DNA of 28,544 bases from a virus (Duplodnaviria > Caudoviricetes): the IMG/VR virus record IMGVR_UViG_3300031519_000158, positions 1 to 28,544 of that record, one strand, 5' to 3'. Below, piece after piece: positions 24,454-28,544 of this stretch; positions within the stretch are counted from its first letter, which is position 1, and each line of letters begins with the position of its first letter. A model generated the notes under the pieces. It saw nothing but the letters and a program-made list of their open reading frames with translations, searched no databases and was not told the origin of the DNA. The translations under genes were made by a program, and so were the position numbers.

Positions 24454-24504
24454 GCCTCTTTTGATGCCTCTTGCTAAGTTAATGCCGAACGCATCCCCAG
24501 CACC

Positions 24505-24666
24505 ATGGAAGAATTTTTGAGCGCTCTTGACGCGCTGATCGAAGAAACTGAAGGGCTCAGCGTGATTGAGCTTGTCGGCGCGTTGGAACTAGCCAAAAAC
24601 GACATCATCGCCGGGCTTGCAGTGGCTGAGCTGCTGACTGAAGACGGTGAAGAGGCAACAGCATGA
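24505..24666 (+). CDS. Small acidic protein (53 aa)
   Basis: MEEFLSALDALIEETEGLSVIELVGALELAKNDIIAGLAVAELLTEDGEEATA*. ATGA-coupled to the next gene. Confidence 0.65.
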   Translation: MEEFLSALDALIEETEGLSVIELVGALELAKNDIIAGLAVAELLTEDGEEATA

Positions 24667-24791
24667 CCCGGCCTGTTGTGACCGCTGTTGGCCGTTTGTT
24701 GCAGTCAAAACACGGTGAACCGCGAAAGCATCAGTTGATTCAAGTTGATGCGAATGGCCGCGCCAAAATTATCAAAGATGAACCGGCCTAA
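24663..24791 (+). CDS. Small hypothetical protein (42 aa)
   Basis: MTRPVVTAVGRLLQSKHGEPRKHQLIQVDANGRAKIIKDEPA*. Translationally coupled. Confidence 0.6.
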   Translation: MTRPVVTAVGRLLQSKHGEPRKHQLIQVDANGRAKIIKDEPA

Positions 24792-24817
24792 ACTGTTAGC
24801 AAAAGGCGGCGGCAGCA

Positions 24818-26179
24818 TTGGGCTATCAATCAACGGCACGGAATAGAGTTAAAACCTCAAAGGTTGTAAATGTCTATGACCCAAATCAGGCATGGGTTGA
24901 CCAAGAACCACACTGGGAGCTGATTGAGTGCTTGCTGACAGGCACTTATGGCATCAGGAAAGAGGGGCGTAAATACCTCCCGCAGGAACCGCGTGAGCAA
25001 GATGATGCCTACCAAAACAGACTGCTTCGCAGCACGCTGCAACCGTATTACGTCAGGCTTGAGCGGCTGCTGGCCGGGATGCTTGCCCGCAAGCCGGTAA
25101 AGCTGAATGACATCAGTGACGGCATCCGTGAGGACTTATTTGATGTTGACCGGCAAGGAAATGACCTGAACACTTGGGTATATGAAACAGCCCGTAAGGC
25201 GATCCGATATGGTCATGTTGGCGTTTTGGTTGATGCACCATCAGACGGGAACGGCAGGCCGTATTGGTGCAGCTATGACCCGCGCAGCATTTTGGGATGG
25301 CGCACTGAAACGCAAGACGGCAAGCCCCGGCTTGTCCAGCTCAGGCTAAAAGAACAGGTGACCGAGCCTGATGGAGAATACGGCGAAAAAACAGTTAATC
25401 AGGTGAGAGTATTGACGCCAGGATATTACGAGCTGTTCAGGCAAGATGAGGGGAAAGAGTACAAATTGTTTGAGGAAGGCAAAACAAGCCTTAGCGAAAT
25501 ACCGTTTTCAGTTGCATACAGCAACCGCGTCAATTATCTGCAATCAAAGCCGCCAATGGAAGACATTGGTGAATTAAACATCAAGGCGTATCAAGTTCAA
25601 TCAGATTTAGACAATATTCTTCACGTCGCGGCTGTTCCGATGTTGGCCATTTTTGGTTTCCCGCAATCAGCAGAGGAGATTAGTGCCGGGCCAAATGAAG
25701 CGCTTGCGCTGCCTGAAGGCGCATCAGCGCAATACATTGAGCCAGGCGGGGCCAGCTTTAACGCATTGTTCCAGCGGCTGGATCAGATCGAAAAGCAGAT
25801 CAATGAGCTGGGCTTGGCCAGTGTGCTGGGCCAAAAGCTATCGGCTGAAACTGCTGAATCAAAGCGCATCGATCGCAGCCAAGGCGATTCAACGATGATG
25901 GTGATCGCCCAAAATATGCAGGACATGATCGACAACTGCCTGCGGTTTCATGCTGATTATCTGAACGACACATCACCCGGCAGCGCATTGATCAACCGTG
26001 ATTTCATGGGCTCCCGTATGGACCCGAGCGAAATCAAAGCATTGCTTGAGCTTTATTTGGCCGGCACCATCACGCAATCGACGTTGTTGACGCAACTTGA
26101 GGCCGGTGAAGTGCTTGGTGATGACTTTGACCTAGAGGAGGAGCTTGAGGCAACGGCTGCCGGTGGCCTGCAGGAATGA
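24818..26179 (+). CDS. Portal protein (DUF4055-type)
   Basis: YLPQEPREQDDAYQNRL, YGHVGVLVDAP, KAYQVQSDLDNILHVAAVPML; position between TerL and the minor head gene. Confidence 0.88.
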   Translation: MGYQSTARNRVKTSKVVNVYDPNQAWVDQEPHWELIECLLTGTYGIRKEGRKYLPQEPREQDDAYQNRLLRSTLQPYYVRLERLLAGMLARKPVKLNDISDGIREDLFDVDRQGNDLNTWVYETARKAIRYGHVGVLVDAPSDGNGRPYWCSYDPRSILGWRTETQDGKPRLVQLRLKEQVTEPDGEYGEKTVNQVRVLTPGYYELFRQDEGKEYKLFEEGKTSLSEIPFSVAYSNRVNYLQSKPPMEDIGELNIKAYQVQSDLDNILHVAAVPMLAIFGFPQSAEEISAGPNEALALPEGASAQYIEPGGASFNALFQRLDQIEKQINELGLASVLGQKLSAETAESKRIDRSQGDSTMMVIAQNMQDMIDNCLRFHADYLNDTSPGSALINRDFMGSRMDPSEIKALLELYLAGTITQSTLLTQLEAGEVLGDDFDLEEELEATAAGGLQE

Positions 26180-27408
26180 GCACCCCGTCTGAGTTTTATC
26201 GGCACGCTGTTGACCTAAATCGATTTAGCAATGCTGAGGCAAAGCAGATTGCGATTGCTTACAACCGATTGATTTTGCAGGCTGTCGCGGAGCTGCAGAT
26301 TCTGGTCGAAGATGAGCGAGCCTTTGACCGTCAGACACGTCTTAGGGAGATCGTTAGGCAGCTACGGGCAAGCCTCAACAATTGGGCAGGCGAAAGCTCT
26401 GCATTGTTAGTGGGTGAGCTTCAAGGGCTTTCAGCGTTTGAAGAGCAGTTTGTCAGGGCGCAACTGCTGGAGATGGTGCCAGAGCGGCTAGCTGATCAGG
26501 TGAAAGCGCTGCAGATCGATCCTGCTTTTGCTCGCGCTGTCGTGATGACAGACCCAATCGAGATTGGCTTGAATGTTCTGTCTGACGACCTGCTGGAAGC
26601 CGTAGGGCCATCACCGACAACGTTCAGACTGACTGCGACTCAAGGCGCTCAAATCACGCTTCCGAATGGCTCAACCGTATCGAAAGCGTTTAGGGGGATC
26701 GCTGAATCTCAAGCCGAGCTGTTCACCAAAACCGTGCAGTCTGGATTTCTAGCGGGTGACTCAGGGCCGCAGATGGCGAGGCGCCTAAAGGGCCGTTTGA
26801 AATTTGCTGATTTTGGGCCGTTGTCAGTGCGGCAACTAGCGCAGGCAGGCGGGCAGCTCACAGCAGTGGCCAATCATCAGGTAAACACGCTGGTGAGGAC
26901 CAGTGTTAATCAGGTGGCAAATGCGGTCAGCCAAGCCACCTACAAGGGCAATGCCGAGATTACTGAGAAATACAAATACGTTGCGACGCTTGATTCCCGC
27001 ACATCGGCACGATGCAGGGCGTTAGATCAACAGGTGTTTGAGTACGGCAAAGGGCCAACACCACCGCAGCATTTCAACTGCAGATCAACGACCGTGCCAG
27101 AGATCGATTATGCAGCGCTAGGGATGCCTGAGCCACCACCGAGTGCAATACGAAGGCCAGGCATCATCTCAGGGCCGATGAGCAAAGCAGCCAAGACGCG
27201 GACGGTCCCGGCAAATCAGTCTTATGGGGAATGGTTGCAGGAACAAGGCGACGACATAAAGCGCGATGTTTTGGGGCCGAGCAGGATCCCCTACTGGAAC
27301 AAGCTGGTGAAGAAATACGGGTCAGAAGATGCAATCCGCAAGTTTTTAGCAACTGACGGTTCAGAGCTGACGCTGAAGCAGCTGAAAGCAAGGTACGGGC
27401 AGCCGTAG
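26176..27408 (+). CDS. Minor head morphogenesis protein (Mu gpF / SPP1 gp7 family)
   Basis: TLVRTSVNQVAN, YVATLDSRTSARCRALD and PPQHFNCRST. Confidence 0.92.
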   Translation: MSTPSEFYRHAVDLNRFSNAEAKQIAIAYNRLILQAVAELQILVEDERAFDRQTRLREIVRQLRASLNNWAGESSALLVGELQGLSAFEEQFVRAQLLEMVPERLADQVKALQIDPAFARAVVMTDPIEIGLNVLSDDLLEAVGPSPTTFRLTATQGAQITLPNGSTVSKAFRGIAESQAELFTKTVQSGFLAGDSGPQMARRLKGRLKFADFGPLSVRQLAQAGGQLTAVANHQVNTLVRTSVNQVANAVSQATYKGNAEITEKYKYVATLDSRTSARCRALDQQVFEYGKGPTPPQHFNCRSTTVPEIDYAALGMPEPPPSAIRRPGIISGPMSKAAKTRTVPANQSYGEWLQEQGDDIKRDVLGPSRIPYWNKLVKKYGSEDAIRKFLATDGSELTLKQLKARYGQP

Positions 27409-27432
27409 GATGAGAGCAGCAGCAACTTAGCC

Positions 27433-27492
27433 ATGAAATGCGGCGGTTATAAGAAGCCAAAAGGCAACAAGAAAGGCGGCAAGAAGAAATGA
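27433..27492 (+). CDS. Basic micro-peptide (19 aa)
   Basis: MKCGGYKKPKGNKKGGKKK*. TAGGAT box 21 nt upstream and ATGA overlap with the next gene. Confidence 0.5.
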   Translation: MKCGGYKKPKGNKKGGKKK

Positions 27493-27713
27493 GAAAAGGT
27501 CAACGGGTCAGTTGGGTTTATCAAGGCAAGCGCACTTTTGGCACTGTTACCGCAATGGGCGGCGCCAGGGCTGCAATCAAAGGGCCTAAAGGCGGCAACA
27601 TCGTTAGGGTTGGCACTGCAGATGACCCAGTGATCAAGATCAAGTCAGAATCAACAGGCAACCCAGTCCTTAAGCGTCGATCACAGTTGAAGTCAGCACC
27701 AAAAAGAAAGTAG
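27489..27713 (+). CDS. Small basic SH3/Tudor-like protein (DUF2945/HVA1-like)
   Basis: KGQRVSW......FGTV...IVRVGTADDPVIKIKSESTGNPVLKRRSQL. Confidence 0.7.
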   Translation: MRKGQRVSWVYQGKRTFGTVTAMGGARAAIKGPKGGNIVRVGTADDPVIKIKSESTGNPVLKRRSQLKSAPKRK

Positions 27714-27746
27714 GATATTGGCGTAAATAAACCTTACGGGTTTCAC

Positions 27747-28409
27747 ATGACCGACGAGATTACGTCTCAAGAGCAAGAACAACCAACAGCCAACGTTGAA
27801 GCGCTAAGGAATAGCGTTGAAGCGTTAGAGCGAAAGAATTATGAGCTGATCGGCAAGCTAAACAAAACAAAGGCCGCTGATGTTGACGTTCAGGCGTTGA
27901 TTGATTTCAAGGCCAACGCCGAGCAACAGCAGCTTGAGAGCAAAGGCCAATACGCCGAGGCCAAAGCTGCACTTGAGCAGCAGTTCAGGGAATCAGCTAC
28001 TGAGAAAGATCAACAGATCAAGGAGCTGACCAACCGAGTGCAAGAACTTGAGTTGATGGCACCAGCCGTCAGCGCATTGTCTGATGTGGTCCATGATCCG
28101 CAATTGGTGCTGAACACGCAGCTAAAACGCGACCAAATCCAGCGCGAGCCTGATGGCACTGTCGTGGTAGTCGAAGGCTATGAGCGCACCCCAGTAGGAG
28201 AATGGGCGAAGGCTAAAACACCGGCATGGATGCAAAAAGCACCGAAGCCGCAGGGGTCTGGTGCGCCATCGTCTAGGGCCAGCGGTGAGATCACGCCAGG
28301 CACAAAGAACCCGTTCAGCGCTGAAAGCTTCAACCTCACAGAGCAGTCACGGTTGTATAAAACAGATCGTGATTTGTACGAACGGCTAAAAAATGCCGCA
28401 AACCGCTAA
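27747..28409 (+). CDS. Capsid scaffolding protein
   Basis: Acidic coiled-coil ending PQGSGAP...KNPFSAESFNLTEQSRL; directly upstream of the capsid gene. Confidence 0.82.
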   Translation: MTDEITSQEQEQPTANVEALRNSVEALERKNYELIGKLNKTKAADVDVQALIDFKANAEQQQLESKGQYAEAKAALEQQFRESATEKDQQIKELTNRVQELELMAPAVSALSDVVHDPQLVLNTQLKRDQIQREPDGTVVVVEGYERTPVGEWAKAKTPAWMQKAPKPQGSGAPSSRASGEITPGTKNPFSAESFNLTEQSRLYKTDRDLYERLKNAANR

Positions 28410-28487
28410 TATGTAGCGAAGGTGAAGCTACGCAGAGCCGCAAGGGTTACGCCCGAAAAATAAACAACCATTTTTTAGGAGGTAGTC

Positions 28488-28544
28488 ATGGCGGTTCTGC
28501 GCTCTGACATCATCATTCCGGAGATTTTTACTCCGTATTTGATC
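28488..28544 (+). CDS. Major capsid protein, N-terminus (runs off the window)
   Basis: RBS AGGAGGT, MAVLRSDIIIPEIFTPYLI; position after the scaffold. Confidence 0.8.
   Translation, partial: MAVLRSDIIIPEIFTPYLI

Overview
The window is about 28.5 kb of a tailed (siphovirus-like) phage, most likely infecting picocyanobacteria. The host is inferred from a cyanobacterial-type sigma-70 factor and several small gene families, not from a database search. Gene order: 5'-truncated lambda-J-like tail tip protein, a tail-collar fibre, a second fibre/adhesin, small tail and lysis genes, a GH24+M15 endolysin, HNH, a leftward sigma/SSB/RecT-like/RecE-like block, a rightward helicase/VRR-NUC/primase block, an iteron-rich origin-like region, TerS/TerL, a 603-aa very basic protein, portal, minor head protein, scaffold and the start of the major capsid protein. 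The main system is a diversity-generating retroelement (DGR). The 3' end of the 591-aa fibre gene (VR, 6145-6265) matches a template repeat (TR, 6341-6461) with 20 of 21 mismatches at TR adenines, and a structured spacer and a DGR-type reverse transcriptase (6580-7626) follow. The cassette is very compact, has no recognisable avd gene, and no integrase or repressor is visible in the window. Other notable signals are a well-formed -1 frameshift candidate in the lysis cassette, a TAnnnT box 19-24 nt before many start codons, a structured intergenic RNA candidate, shared TTACG-loop hairpins before the scaffold and capsid genes, a possible NblA-like gene, and repeated LLxQ peptide inserts in the tail tip that may dock the fibres.
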